64,000 bases of DNA from Eledone cirrhosa (taxonomy: Eukaryota): positions 13,764,001 through 13,828,000 of the forward strand of contig OZ024765.1 of NCBI GenBank assembly GCA_964016885.1, in the 5' to 3' direction. The notes under the pieces were generated by a model that saw only the letters and a program-made list of their open reading frames with translations, was not told the origin of the DNA and made no database searches. Position numbers and translations under genes: made by a program. Below are positions 24,309-39,300 of this stretch, one piece after another. Every line of letters starts with the position of its first letter. Positions within the stretch are counted from its first letter, which is position 1.

Positions 24309-27300
24309 CACACATATATATATATATATGTATATCTTTACTTTATATATATATATGTATATCTTTACTTTATATATATATATATATATATACACACACA
24401 TTTATGTACTTTATATATATATATATATATATATCCACCATTTGCCTCCATCATGGAATCATGGATCAACTAACCACTCTTGCTATATTAACACATTTTG
24501 ATCTGCTTAACTTCAAGAACTATGCCTGTAAATAACATTATTTTTTCTTTCACATTAACTTTTATGCTCTACATTACGCCCGTTTTTTTCTTTTTTTCTT
24601 TTCACTTCATAAACCTTGTTTGTAAATAACATGATTCTTTCTGCACCTTCTCTTTAACATGTGCGACACCACCATTCTACACTAATATATATCACTATCA
24701 TTTAATAATGCATAAAAATACTGAAACCGGTAATAGACAATTATTAAATATATAAATAGATAAATAAATGCCATTGTTAAATAATAAATAAATAAACTAA
24801 TACCTTAACACTTCACACAAAGTAAAACATTTCGTTTTAATCATTTTCTAACCCAGAAAAAAGAGAGAGAGAAATAAAAAAGGAAAAAAATATATTTTTC
24901 TTCCTAATAATCGTCTCTTTCTCCCTATTTTCATATATATATATATATATATAAAGTAAAGACCCCCTTAGGTCATGAATGACCATGGGATTTGCAATAT
25001 AGATATTGTGAGATATTATGTGAGGTAAAGCCTTTACTGTGAAAATAGTATATGTAAATGTTATGTGAGATATTATATGAGATAAAGCCTTTACCATGAA
25101 AATACAATAGTATATATAGAGTAATGTAAATGTTATGTGAGATATTATATGAGATAAAGCCTTTACCATGAAAATACAATAGTATATATAGAGTAATGTA
25201 AATGTTATGTGAGATATTATGTGAGGTAAAGCCTTTACTGTGAAAATACAATAGTAAATATAGAGTAATGTAAATGTTAAAGAGTTAAACCCAGTTTCTC
25301 CCCCAATCCATACACGTTCTACCTTTCTCTCACATTTACATTGCACATCCAACAAAGCATGGTTGCTTCATTTATCTGCAGTTTACACATGTCTTCTGCA
25401 GTCACACCCCATATTTCACTACCATGCAGCACCACATGTCCTTTGCAGTCACAGCCCATGTTTCACAACCATGTAGCACCACATGTCCTCTGCAGTCACA
25501 GCCCATGTTTCACTACCATGTAGCACCACATGTCTTCTGCAGTCACAGCCCATGTTTCACTACCATGTAGCATCGCACTTCATACAAGTGTCATACAGTC
25601 GACCTTTTTAACACACATGATATCTCAGCATTTCATAAGAGGTGACCATACCAACAGGAACATGGACAGGAAGAGCCCCTATCCATGAAACAATACCTCA
25701 AAAAGGACTTTATTGTGAATATAAAACACACACACATCAGGTGAAGACTAAAGTCAAAATTATTTTACCTGTTACGTTTTTGAATTCCTTCACCGCATTT
25801 TACAGAACAGTCTGACCATGAGGTCCAAGAACTCCAAAAATCTGAAACAGTTATAAGGACAGATATATGATTAAATATTAAACATAAATTATCCCTTTCA
25901 TTACCATATTTCTAATGAAAGACACTGTCTGTCTTTAACCCTTTCATTACCATATTTCTAATGAAAGACAGTCTATATCTTTAACCCTTTCGTTACCATA
26001 TTTCTAATGAAAGACACTGTCTATATCTTTAACCCTTTCGTTACCATATTTCTAATGAAAGACAGTCTATATCTTTAACCCTTTCGTTACCATATTTCTA
26101 ATGAAAGACAGTCTATATCTTTAACCCTTTCGTTACCATATTTCTAATGAAAGACACAGTCTATATCTTTAACCCTTTCATTACCATATTTCTAATGAAA
26201 GACAGTCTATATCTTTAACCCTTTCGTTACCATATTTCTAATGAAAGACACAGTCTATATCTTTAACCCTTTCATTACCATATTTCTAATGAAAGACAGT
26301 CTATATCTTTAACCCTTTCGTTACCATATTTCTAATGAAAGACACTGTCTATATCTTTAACCCTTTCGTTACCATATTTCTAATGAAAGACACTGTCTAT
26401 ATCTTTAACCCTTTCGTTACCATATTTCTAATGAAAGACACTGTCTATGTCTTTAACCCTTTCATTACCATATTTCTAATGAAAGACACTGTCTATATCT
26501 TTAACCCTTTCATTACCATATTTCTAATGAAAGACACTGTCTATATCTTTAACCCTTTCATTTCCATATTTTTAATGAAAGACAGTCTATATCTTTAACC
26601 CTTTCGTTACCATATTTCTAATGAAAGACACTGTCTATATCTTTAACCCTTTCATTACCATATTTCTAATGAAAGACACTGTCTATATCTTTAACCCTTT
26701 CATTACCATATTTCTAATGAAAGATACTGTCTATATCTTTAACCCTTTCGTTACCATATTTCTAATGAAAGACACTGTCTATGTCATTAACCCTTTCATT
26801 ACCATATTCCTAATGAAAGACACTGTCTATGTCTTTAACCCTTTCATTAACATATTTTGAATGAAAGACACTGCCTATGTCTTTAACATTTTCTGATGCT
26901 GAGTTGCTGAAGCACAGAGCAAACTACCTGCATCAGTTGTTAGCTGTCGGGACACTGCATCCTTCATAACTTCCATGCCTGAAATTCACCAACACTACAC
27001 CTGATATTCTCTCACACACACACACCTATATGTGTATATGGTGTGATATGTGTGTATATCATACACTGTTCACTTTCCAGACTTTTGTACATTATCTATG
27101 TTATGTACATGTATTTTTGATGAGTTGTAGTGCACCCGAGATACAGAGAAAAAATTGACCCCAGTACATAACTGGTAATTTATCAATATCAGGTATTTGA
27201 AATCCATATTAAAAAAATATTGAACTAAAAAATTATTGATTGATAAAACTTACCGATTGGAGGAAGTGTCACTGATTGTGTCTGAGGAAACGTTGATGAC

Positions 27301-30300
27301 ACGGGTGCGCCAACTGTGGACAATTCACCTCTCGCCGTGGTTGATTGTTTTCCGTAGATTGTAGTTAACAAAGGTGTGGACAGTGTTGTCACAGCAGCTT
27401 CATGTGAAGAGGTTTTCTTCTCAATTAAAGGTGATGTTACACTAATTACGGATATCGAAGAGATCTGACCTTCACCTGGACTGGTCACTTCAACAACTGC
27501 TGTGTGCTCAGGTGTAAATAATGTAGATTTATGCCCTATGGCTGGAGTGGTCAGTTCTTCAGTCATTTTGGTCTCAGTTGTTGGTAGGTGTACGGTCGAT
27601 CTTTCTCCTTTGGCCGGAGGGGTCACTTCTAGTCCAGTTATCCCAGTAGAAGGTATAGACACTGTAGTTTGTCCTTTAGCCAGAGTGGTCAGTTCACCAC
27701 TTTCAGTTGGTGTTATAGCAAAACCAGATACAGGTATTGTAGACTTTTGTCCTTGAGCTGGAGTGGTCAGTTCAAGTCCAGGTGACTTAGTAGATTTTCC
27801 CTTAGCTGAAGTGGTCAATTCTACAGCACTTGGTGTTGTTTTCTTGCTGGGAGGAACAGATATTGTAGAGATTATACCATTGGCTGGAGTGGTCACTTCT
27901 AGTCCAGTTACTCCACTGGGGGGTATGGAAACCGTACTTACTTGACCTTCAGCTGGAGTGGTCGTTTCTTCCACTATATTAGTCTCAGTAGGTGGCACAT
28001 ATATGGTTGACCTTTCTCCCTTAGATGGAGTGGTCAGTGCAACACCACTTGGTGTTGTGGTCTTAGCAGCAAGTACAGATATGGTGGAAATTTCTCCCTT
28101 AGCTGGAGTGGTCACTTTAAGTCCAGGTGTCTTAGTAGATTGTCCCTCAGCTGGAGTAGTCACTTCTTGTCCAGTTACTCCACTGGGAGGTACAGACACT
28201 GTAGATATTTGTCCCTCAGCTGGAGTGGTCAGTTCTTCCCCTATTGCTGGAGTGGTCGGTTCTTCGACTATTTCAGTCTCAGTAGGTGGCACATATATGG
28301 TTGACCTTTCTCCCTTGGCTGGAGTGGTCAGTCCAACACCAGCACTTGGTGTTGTGGTCTCAGCAGGAAGTACAGATATTGTGGAAATTTCTCCTTTAGC
28401 TGGGGTGGTCACTTTTGGGCTAGTTACTCCACTGGGCGGCATTGATACTGTAGTTACTTGTCCTTCGGCTGGAGTGGACGTTTCTTCCACTATATTAGTC
28501 TCAGTAGGTGGCACATATATGGTTGACCTTTCTCCCTTAGCTGGAGTGGTCAGTCCAACACCACTTGTTGTTGTGGCTCCACTGGAAGGTAGAGACACTG
28601 TAGATATTTCTCCCCCAGCTGGAGTGGTTAATTCTTCCCCTATTGCTGGAATGGTCAGTTCTATAGCACTTGGTGTTGTGGTCTCACTGGGAGGTACAGA
28701 TAGTGTAGAGATTATACCTTTGGCCGGAGTGGTCAGTCCCTCTCCCGTTGTAACCTTGCTAGGAGGGACATGTACTGTAGGTAGTTTTCCTCTGGTTGGA
28801 GTGGTCAGTTCACCACTTTCAGTTGGTGTTATACCAAAACCAGATACAGGTATTGTAGACTTTTGTCCTTGAGCTGGAGTGGTCAGTTCAAGTCCAGGTG
28901 TCTTAGTAGATTTTCCCTTAGCTGGTGTGGTCAGTTCTACAGCACTTGGTGTTGTTTTCTTGCTGGGAGGAACAGATATTGTAGAGATTATACCATTGGC
29001 TGGAGTGGTCACTTCTAGTCCAGTTACTCCACTGGGGGGTATTGAAACCGTACTTACTTGACCTTCAGCTGGAGTGGTCGTTTCTTCCACTATATTAGTC
29101 TCAGTAGGTGGCACATATATGGTTGACCTCTCTCCCTTAGCTGGAGTGGTCAGTCCAACACCACTTGGTGGTGTGGTCTTCGCAGACAGTACAGATATGG
29201 TGGAAATTTCTCCTTTAGCTGGGGTGGTCACTTTTGGACTAGTTACACCACCAGTAGGGACAGACACTGTAGATATTTCTCCCTTAGCTGGAGTGGTCAC
29301 TTCAAGTCCAGGTGTCTTAGTAGATTTTCCCTTAGCTGGAGTGGTCAATTCTACAGCACTTGGTGTTGTTTTCTTGCTGGGAGGAACAGATATTGTAGAG
29401 ATTATACCATTGGCTGGAGTGGTCAGTTCTTCCCCTATTGCTGGAGTGGTCGGTTCTTCCACTATATTTGTCTCAGTAGGTGGCACATATATGGTTGACC
29501 TTTCTCCCTTAGCTGGAGTGGTCAGTCCAACACCAGCACTTGGTGTTGTTGTCTCAGCAGGAAGTACAGATATTGTGGAAATTTCTCCTATAGCTGGGGT
29601 GGTCACTTTTGGACTAGTTACCCAACCAGGAGGGACAGACACTGTAGATATTCGCCCTTTAGTTGGAGTGGTCAGTCCCTCTCCCGTTGTAACCTTGCTA
29701 GGAGGGACATGTACTGTAGGTAGTTTTCCTCTGGTTGGAGTGGTCAGTTCACCACTTTCAGTTGGTGTTATACGAAAACCAGATACAGGTATTGTAGACT
29801 TTTGTCCTCTGGCTGGAGTGGTCAGTTCAAGTCCAGGTGTCTTAGTAGATTTTCCCTTAGCTGGAGTGGTCAATTCTACAGCACTTGGTGTTGTTTTCTT
29901 GCTGGGAGGAACAGATATTGTAGAGATTATACCATTGGCTGGAGTGGTCACTTCTAGTCCAGTTACTCCACTGGGGGGTATTGATACCGTACTTACTTGA
30001 CCTTCAGCTGGAGTGGTCGTTTCTTCCACTATATTAGTCTCAGTAGGTGGCACATATATGGTTGACCTTTCTCCCTTAGATGGAGTGGTCAGTGCAACAC
30101 CACTCGGTGTTGTGGTCTTAGCAGAAAGTACAGATATGGTGGAAATTTCTCCTTTAGCTGGGGTGGTCACTTTTGTACTAGTTACCCCACCAGTAGGGAC
30201 AGACACTGTAGATATTTCTCCCTTAGCTGGAGTGGTCACTTCAAGTCCAGGTGTCTTAGTAGATTGTCCCTCAGCTGGAGTAGTCACTTCTTGTCCAGTT

Positions 30301-33300
30301 ACTCCACTGGGAGGTACAGACACTGTAGATATTTGTCCCTCAGCTGGAGTGGTCAGTTCTTCCCCTATTGCTGGAGTGGTCGGTTCTTCGACTATTTCAG
30401 TCTCAGTAGGTGGCACATATATGGTTGACCTTTCTCCCTTGGCTGGAGTGGTCAGTCCAACACCAGCACTTGGTGTTGTGGTCTCAGCAGGAAGTACAGA
30501 GATTGTGGAAATTTCTCCTTTAGCTGGGGTGGTCACTTTTGGGCTAGTTACTCCACTGGGCGGCATTGATACTGTAGTTACTTGTCCTTCGGCTGGAGTG
30601 GACGTTTCTTCCACTATATTAGTCTCAGTAGGTGGCACATATATGGTTGACCTCTCTCCCTTAGCTGGAGTGGTCAGTCCAACACCACTTGTTGTTGTGG
30701 CTCCACTGGAAGGTAGAGACACTGTAGATATTTCTCCCCCAGCTGGAGTGGTTAATTCTTCCCCTATTGCTGGAATGGTCAGTTCTACACCACTTGGTGT
30801 TGTGGTCTCACTGGGAGGTACAGATACTGTAGAGATTATACCTTTGGCCGGAGTGGTCAGTCCCTCTCCCGTTGTAACCTTGCTAGGAGGGACATGTACT
30901 GTAGGTAGTCTTCCTCTGGTTGGAGTGGTCAGTTCACCACTTTCAGTTGGTGTTATACGAAAACCAGATACAGGTATTGTAGACTTTTGTCCTCTGGCTG
31001 GAGTGGTCAGTTCAAGTCCAGGTGTCTTAGTAGATTTTCCCTTAGCTGGTGTGGTCAGTTCTACAGCACTTGGTGTTGTTTTCTTGCTGGGAGGAACAGA
31101 TATTGTAGAGATTATACCATTGGCTGGAGTGGTCACTTCTAGTCCAGTTACTCCACTGGGGGGTATTGAAACCGTACTTACTTGACCTTCAGCTGGAGTG
31201 GTCATTTCTTCCACTATATTAGTCTCAGTAGGTGGCACATATATGGTTGACCTCTCTCCCTTAGCTGGAGTGGTCAGTGCAACACCACTTGCTGTTGTGG
31301 TCTTAGCAGACAGTACAGATATGGTGGAAATTTCTCCTTTAGCTGGGGTGGTCACTTTTGGACTAGTTACACCACCAGTAGGGACAGACACTGTAGATAT
31401 TTCTCCCTTAGCTGGAGTGGTCACTTCAAGTCCAGGTGTCTTAGTAGATTTTCCCTTAGCTGGAGTGGTCAATTCTACAGCACTTGGTGTTGTTTTCTTG
31501 CTGGGAGGAACAGATATTGTAGAGATTATACCATTGGCTGGAGTGGTCAGTTCTTCCCCTATTGCTGGAGTGGTCGGTTCTTCCACTATATTTGTCTCAG
31601 TAGGTGGCACATATATGGTTGACCTTTCTCCCTTAGCTGGAGTGGTCAGTCCAACACCAGCACTTGGTGTTGTTGTCTCAGCAGGAAGTACAGATATTGT
31701 GGAAATTTCTCCTATAGCTGGGGTGGTCACTTTTGGACTAGTTACCCAACCAGGAGGGACAGACACTGTAGATATTCGTCCTTTAGTTGGAGTGGTCAGT
31801 CCCTCTCCCGTTGTAACCTTGCTAGGAGGGACATGTACTGTAGGTAGTCTTCCTCTGGTTGGAGTGGTCAGTTCACCACTTTCAGTTGGTGTTATACGAA
31901 AACCAGATACAGGTATTGTAGACTTTTGTCCTCTGGCTGGAGTGGTCAGTTCAAGTCCAGGTGTCTTAGTAGATTTTCCCTTAGCTGGTGTGGTCAGTTC
32001 TACAGCACTTGGTGTTGTTTTCTTGCTGGGAGGAACAGATATTGTAGAGATTATACCATTGGCTGGAGTGGTCACTTCTAGTCCAGTTACTCCACTGGGG
32101 GGTATTGAAACCGTACTTACTTGACCTTCAGCTGGAGTGGTCATTTCTTCCACTATATTAGTCTCAGTAGGTGGCACATATATGGTTGACCTCTCTCCCT
32201 TAGCTGGAGTGGTCAGTGCAACACCACTTGCTGTTGTGGTCTTAGCAGACAGTACAGATATGGTGGAAATTTCTCCTTTAGCTGGGGTGGTCACTTTTGG
32301 ACTAGTTACACCACCAGTAGGGACAGACACTGTAGATATTTCTCCCTTAGCTGGAGTGGTCACTTCAAGTCCAGGTGTCTTAGTAGATTTTCCCTTAGCT
32401 GGAGTGGTCAATTCTACAGCACTTGGTGTTGTTTTCTTGCTGGGAGGAACAGATATTGTAGAGATTATACCATTGGCTGGAGTGGTCAGTTCTTCCCCTA
32501 TTGCTGGAGTGGTCGGTTCTTCCACTATATTTGTCTCAGTAGGTGGCACATATATGGTTGACCTTTCTCCCTTAGCTGGAGTGGTCAGTCCAACACCAGC
32601 ACTTGGTGTTGTTGTCTCAGCAGGAAGTACAGATATTGTGGAAATTTCTCCTATAGCTGGGGTGGTCACTTTTGGACTAGTTACCCAACCAGGAGGGACA
32701 GACACTGTAGATATTCGTCCTTTAGTTGGAGTGGTCAGTCCCTCTCCCGTTGTAACCTTGCTAGGAGGGACATGTACTGTAGGTAGTTTTCCTCTGGTTG
32801 GAGTGGTCAGTTCACCACTTTCAGTTGGTGTTATACGAAAACCAGATACAGGTATTGTAGACTTTTGTCCTCTGGCTGGAGTGGTCAGTTCAAGTCCAGG
32901 TGTCTTAGTAGATTTTCCCTTAGCTGGAGTGGTCAATTCTACAGCACTTGGTGTTGTTTTTTTGCTGGGAGGAACAGATATTGTAGAGATTATACCATTG
33001 GCTGGAGTGGTCACTTCTAGTCCAGTTACTCCACTGGGGGGTATTGATACCGTACTTACTTGACCTTCAGCTGGAGTGGTCGTTTCTTCCACTATATTAG
33101 TCTCAGTAGGTGGCACATATATGGTTGACCTTTCTCCCTTAGATGGAGTGGTCAGTGCAACACCACTCGGTGTTGTGGTCTTAGCAGAAAGTACAGATAT
33201 GGTGGAAATTTCTCCTTTAGCTGGGGTGGTCACTTTTGTACTAGTTACCCCACCAGTAGGGACAGACACTGTAGATATTTCTCCCTTAGCTGGAGTGGTC

Positions 33301-36300
33301 ACTTCAAGTCCAGGTGTCTTAGTAGATTGTCCCTCAGCTGGAGTAGTCACTTCTTGTCCAGTTACTCCACTGGGAGGTACAGACACTGTAGATATTTGTC
33401 CCTCAGCTGGAGTGGTCAGTTCTTCCCCTATTGCTGGAGTGGTCGGTTCTTCGACTATTTCAGTCTCAGTAGGTGGCACATATATGGTTGACCTTTCTCC
33501 CTTGGCTGGAGTGGTCAGTCCAACACCAGCACTTGGTGTTGTGGTCTCAGCAGGAAGTACAGATATTGTGGAAATTTCTCCTTTAGCTGGGGTGGTCACT
33601 TTTGGGCTAGTTACTCCACTGGGCGGCATTGATACTGTAGTTACTTGTCCTTCGGCTGGAGTGGACGTTTCTTCCACTATATTAGTCTCAGTAGGTGGCA
33701 CATATATGGTTGACCTCTCTCCCTTAGCTGGAGTGGTCAGTCCAACACCACTTGTTGTTGTGGCTCCACTGGAAGGTAGAGACACTGTAGATATTTCTCC
33801 CCCAGCTGGAGTGGTCAATTCTTCCCCTATTGCTGGAGTGGTCAGTTCTACACCACTTGGTGTTGTAATCTCACTGGGAGGTTCAGATAGTGTAGAGATT
33901 ATACCTTTGGCCGGAGTGGTCAGTCCCTCTCCCGTTGTAACCTTGCTAGGAGGGACATGTACTGTAGGTAGTCTTCCTCTGGTTGGAGTGGTCAGTTCAC
34001 CACTTTCAGTTGGTGTTATACGAAAACCAGATACAGGTATTGTAGACTTTTGTCCTCTGGCTGGAGTGGTCAGTTCAAGTCCAGGTGTCTTAGTAGATTT
34101 TCCCTTAGCTGGAGTGGTCAATTCTACAGCACTTGGTGTTGTTTTTTTGCTGGGAGGAACAGATATTGTAGAGATTATACCATTGGCTGGAGTGGTCACT
34201 TCTAGTCCAGTTACTCCACTGGGGGGTATTGATACCGTACTTACTTGACCTTCAGCTGGAGTGGTCGTTTCTTCCACTATTGCTGGAGTGGTCGGTTTTT
34301 CTACTATTTCAGTCTCGGTAGGTGGCACATATATGGTTGACCTTTCTCCCTTAGATGGAGTGGTCAGTGCAACACCACTTGGTGTTGTGGTCTTAGCAGA
34401 AAGTACAGATATGGTGGAAATTTCTCCTTTAGCTGGGGTGGTCACTTTTGGACTTGCTACCCCACCAGAGGGGACAGACACTGTAGATATTTCTCCCTCA
34501 GCTGGAGTGGTCAGTCCCTCTCCCGTTGTAACCTTGCTAGGAGGGACATGTACTGTAGGTAGTTTTCCTCTGGTTGGAGTGATCACTTCAAATCCAGTTG
34601 GGCCAGTTGGAGGTACAGACATTGTAGCCAGAGTGGTCAGTTCACCACTTTCAGTTGGTGTTATACGAAAACCAGATACAGGTATTGTAGACTTTTGTCC
34701 TCTGGCTGGAGTGGTCAGTTCAAGTCCAGGTGTCTCAGTAGATTTTCCCTTAGCTGGAGTGGTCAATTCTACAGCACTTGGTGTTGTTTTCTTGCTGGGA
34801 GGAACAGATATTGTAGAGATTATACCATTGGCTGGAGTGGTCACTTCTAGTCCAGTTACTCCACTGGGGGGAATTGATACTGTACTTAATTGTCCTTCGG
34901 CTGGTGTGGTCATTTTAAGTCCAGTCACCCCTGTAGGACTTACAGATAATGTTGACTTCTGTCCCCCAGCTGGAGTGGTCATTTCAATAACTTTCTTTGT
35001 AGATTGATGATGTATAGTGCTGTGTCCTTGAATAAGGACAGTGGATAACTTTCCCTCAGCGGGGCTGGTTACCTCTGATGTTTTTCTTGCAAATGGTGTG
35101 GTCATTTCACCACTGACTGCAGTTATTATGGCAGAGGTAATTACCGGTGTAGTTGATGTGATACCAAACCCAGATACAGGTATTGTTGACTTTTGTCCTC
35201 TGGATGGAGTGGTCACTTCAATTCCAGGTGTCTTAGTAGAAGGACCAGATTCTGTAGATTGCCCTTTAGCCAAAGTGGTCAGTTCCACACCACCTGTTGC
35301 TGTGGTCACAACAGGAAATACTGGTACTGTTGAAACTCCTCCTTTAGCTGGAGTGGTCAGTTCAGCACCATGTGATGTTGTGGTCTTAGCAGGAGGTACA
35401 TATACTGTAGTTTGTCCTTTAGATGGAGTGGTCACTTCATGTCCAGTTACTCCACTGGGAGGTACAGACACTGTAGATATTTGTCCCTCAGCTGGAGTGG
35501 TCAGTTCTTCCCCTATTGCTGGAGTGGTCAGTTCTTCGACTATATTAGTCTCAGTAGGTGGCACATATATGGTTGACCTTTCTCCCTTGGCTGGAGTGGT
35601 CAGTCCAACACCAGCACTTGGTGTTGTGGTCTCAGCAGGAAGTACAGATATTGTGGAAATTTCTCCTTTAGCTGGGGTGGTCACTTTTGGACTAGTTACT
35701 CCACCAGGAGGGACAGACACTGTAGATATTCGCCCTTTAGCTGGAGTGGTCAGTCCCTCTCCCGTTGTAACCTTGCTAGGAGGGACTTGTACTGTAGGTA
35801 GTTTTCCTCTGGTTGGAGTGGTCACTTCAAGTCCAGTTGTGCCAGTTGGAGGTACAGACATTGTAGCCTGAGTGGTCAGTTCACTTTCCGTTGGTGTTAT
35901 ACCAAAACGAGATACAGGTATTGTAGACTTTTGTCCTTGAGCTGGAGTGGTCAGTTCTACAGCACTTGGTGTTGTTTTCTTGCTGGGAGGAACAGATATT
36001 GTAGAGATTATACCTTTGGCTGGAGTGGTCACTTCTAGTCTAGTTACTCCACTGGAGGGTATTGATATCGTACTTACTTGACCTTCAGCTGGAGTGGTCG
36101 TTTCTTCCACTATATTAGTCTCAGTAGGTGGCACATATATGGTTGACCTTTCTCCCTTAGCTGGAGTGGTCACTTCAACACCAGCACTTGGTGTTGTGGT
36201 CTCAGCAGGAAGTACAGATATTGTGGAAATTTCTCCCTTAGCTGGAGTGGTCACTTTAAGTCCAGGTGTCTTAGTAGATTGTCCCTCAGCTGGAGTGGTC

Positions 36301-39300
36301 ACTTCATGTCCAGTTACTCCACTGGGAGGTACAGACACTGTAGATATTTGTCCCTCAGCTGGAGTGGTCAGTTCTTCCCCTATTGCTGGAGTGGTCGGTT
36401 CTTCCACTATATTAATCTCAGGTGGCACATATATGGTTGACCTTTCTGCCTTAGCTGGAGTGGTCAGTCCAACACCAGCACTTGGTGTTGTTGTCTCAGC
36501 AGGAAGTACAGATATTGTGGAAATTTCTCCTTTAGCTGGGGTGGTCACTTTTGGACTAGTTACTCCACCAGGAGAGACAGACACTGTAGATATTTCTCCC
36601 TTAGCTGGAGTGGTCACTTCAAGTCCAGTTGGGCCAGTTGGAGGTACAGACATTGTAGCCAGAGTGGTCAGTTCACCACTTTCAGTTGGTGTTATACCAA
36701 AACCAGATACAGGTATTGTAGACTTTTGTCCTTGAGCTGGAGTGGTCAGTTTAAGTCCAGGTGTCTTAGTAGATTTTCCCTTAGCTGGAGTGGTCAGTTC
36801 TACAGCACTTGGTGTTGTTTTCTTGCTGGGAGGTACAGATACTGTAGAGATTATACCTTTGACCGGAGTGGTCACTTCTGGGCCTGTAACTCCACTGGGG
36901 GGTATTGATACCGTACTTACTTGTCCTTCGGCTGGAGTGGACGTTTCTTCCACTATATTAGTCTCAGTAGGTGGCACATATATGGTTGACCTCTCTCCCT
37001 TAGCTGGAGTGGTCAGTCCAACACCACTTGTTGTGGCTCCTCTGGGAGGTAGAGACACTGTAGATATTTCTCCCCCAGCTGGAGTGGTCAATTCTACACC
37101 ACTTGGTGTTGTGGTCTCACTGGCAGGTACAGATACTGTAGAGATTATACCTTTGGCCGGAGTGGTCAGCCCCTCACCCGTTGTAACCTTGCTAGGAGGG
37201 ACATGTACTGTAGGTAGTCTTCCTCTGGTTGGAGTGGTCAGTTCACCACTTTCAGTTGGTGTTATACCAAAACCAGATACAGGTATTGTAGACTTTTGTC
37301 CTTTAGCTGGAGTGGTCAGTTCAAGTCCAGGTGACTTAGTAGATTTTTCCTTAGCTGGAGTGGTCAGTTCTACAGCACTTGATGTTGTTGTCTTGCGGGG
37401 AGATACAGATATGGTGGAAATTTCTCCCTTAGCTGGAGTGGTCACTTTAAGTCCAGGTGTCTTAGTAGATTGTCCCTCAGCTGGAGTAGTCACTTCTTGT
37501 CCAGTTACTCCACTGGGAGGTACAGACACTGTAGATATTTGTCCCTCAGCTGGAGTGGTCAGTTCTTCCCCTATTGCTGGAGTGGTCGGTTCTTCGACTA
37601 TTTCAGTCTCAGTAGGTGGCACATATATGGTTGACCTTTCTCCCTTGGCTGGAGTGGTCAGTCCAACACCAGCACTTGGTGTTGTGGTCTCAGCAGGAAG
37701 TACAGATATTGTGGAAATTTCTCCTTTAGCTGGGGTGGTCACTTTTGGGCTAGTTACTCCACTGGGCAGCATTGATACTGTAGTTACTTGTCCTTCGGCT
37801 GGAGTGGACGTTTCTTCCACTATATTAGTCTCAGTAGGTGGCACATATATGGTTGACCTTTCTCCCTTAGCTGGAGTGGTCAGTCCAACACCACTTGTTG
37901 TTGTGGCTCCACTGGAAGGTAGAGACACTGTAGATATTTCTCCCCCAGCTGGAGTGGTCAATTCTTCCCCTATTGCTGGAATGGTCAGTTCTATAGCACT
38001 TGGTGTTGTGGTCTCACTGGGAGGTACAGATACTGTAGAGATTATACCTTTGGCCGGAGTGGTCAGCCCCTCTCCCGTTGTAACCTTGCTAGGAGGGACA
38101 TGTACTGTAGGTAGTCTTCCTCTGGTTGGAGTGGTCAGTTCACCACTTTCAGTTGGTGTTATACCAAAATGAGATACAGGTATTGTAGACTTTTGTCCTT
38201 TAGCTGGAGTGGTCACTTCAAGTCCAGGTGACTTAGTAGATTTTTCCTTAGCCGGAGTGGTCAGTTCTACAGCACTTGATGTTGTTGTCTTGCGGGGAGA
38301 TACAGATATGGTGGAAATTTCTCCCTTAGCTGGAGTGGTCACTTTAAGTCCAGGTGTCTTAGTAGATTGTCCCTCAGCTGGAGTAGTCACTTCTTGTCCA
38401 GTTACTCCACTGGGAGGTACAGACACTGTAGATATTTCTCCCCCAGCTGGAGTGGTCAATTCTACACCACTTGGTGTTGTGGTCTCACTGGGAGGTACAG
38501 ATACTGTAGAGATTATACCTTTGGCCGGAGTGGTCAGTCCCTCTCCCGTTGTAACTTTGCTAGGAGGGACATGTACTGTAGGTAGTCTTCCTCTGGTTGG
38601 AGTGGTCAGTTCACCACTTTCAGTTGGTGTTATACCAAAATGAGATACAGGTATTGTAGACTTTTGTCCTTTAGCTGGAGTGGTCACTTCAAGTCCAGGT
38701 GACTTAGTAGATTTTTCCTTAGCTGGAGTGGTCAGTTCTACAGCACTTGATGTTGTTGTCTTGCGGGGAGATACAGATATGGTGGAAATTTCTCCCTTAG
38801 CTGGAGTGGTCACTTTAAGTCCAGGTGTCTTAGTAGATTGTCCCTCAGCTGGAGTAGTCACTTCTTGTCCAGTTACTCCACTGGGAGGTACAGACACTGT
38901 AGATATTTGTCCCTCAGCTGGAGTGGTCAGTTCTTCTCCTATTGCTGGAGTGGTCGGTTCTTCGACTATTTCAGTCTCAGTAGGTGGCACATATATGGTT
39001 GACCTTTCTCCCTTGGCTGGAGTGGTCAGTCCAACACCAGCACTTGGTGTTGTGGTCTCAGCAGGAAGTACAGATATTGTGGAAATTTCTCCTTTAGCTG
39101 GGGTGGTCACTTTTGGGCTAGTTACTCCACTGGGCGGCATTGATACTGTAGTTACTTGTCCTTCGGCTGGAGTGGATGTTTCTTCCACTATATTAGTCTC
39201 AGTAGGTGGCACATATATGGTTGACCTCTCTCCCTTAGCTGGAGTGGTCAGTCCAACACCACTTGTTGTTGTGGCTCCACTGGAAGGTAGAGACACTGTA

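Noticed and set aside
969-25841. Assigning the symbol SSPO or a MUC number
   Set aside because: The domain content is similar, but orthology cannot be shown without the termini and a phylogeny.
9725-26888. Regular repeats resembling CRISPR arrays
   Set aside because: No unique spacers and no cas genes; these are eukaryotic intronic minisatellites.
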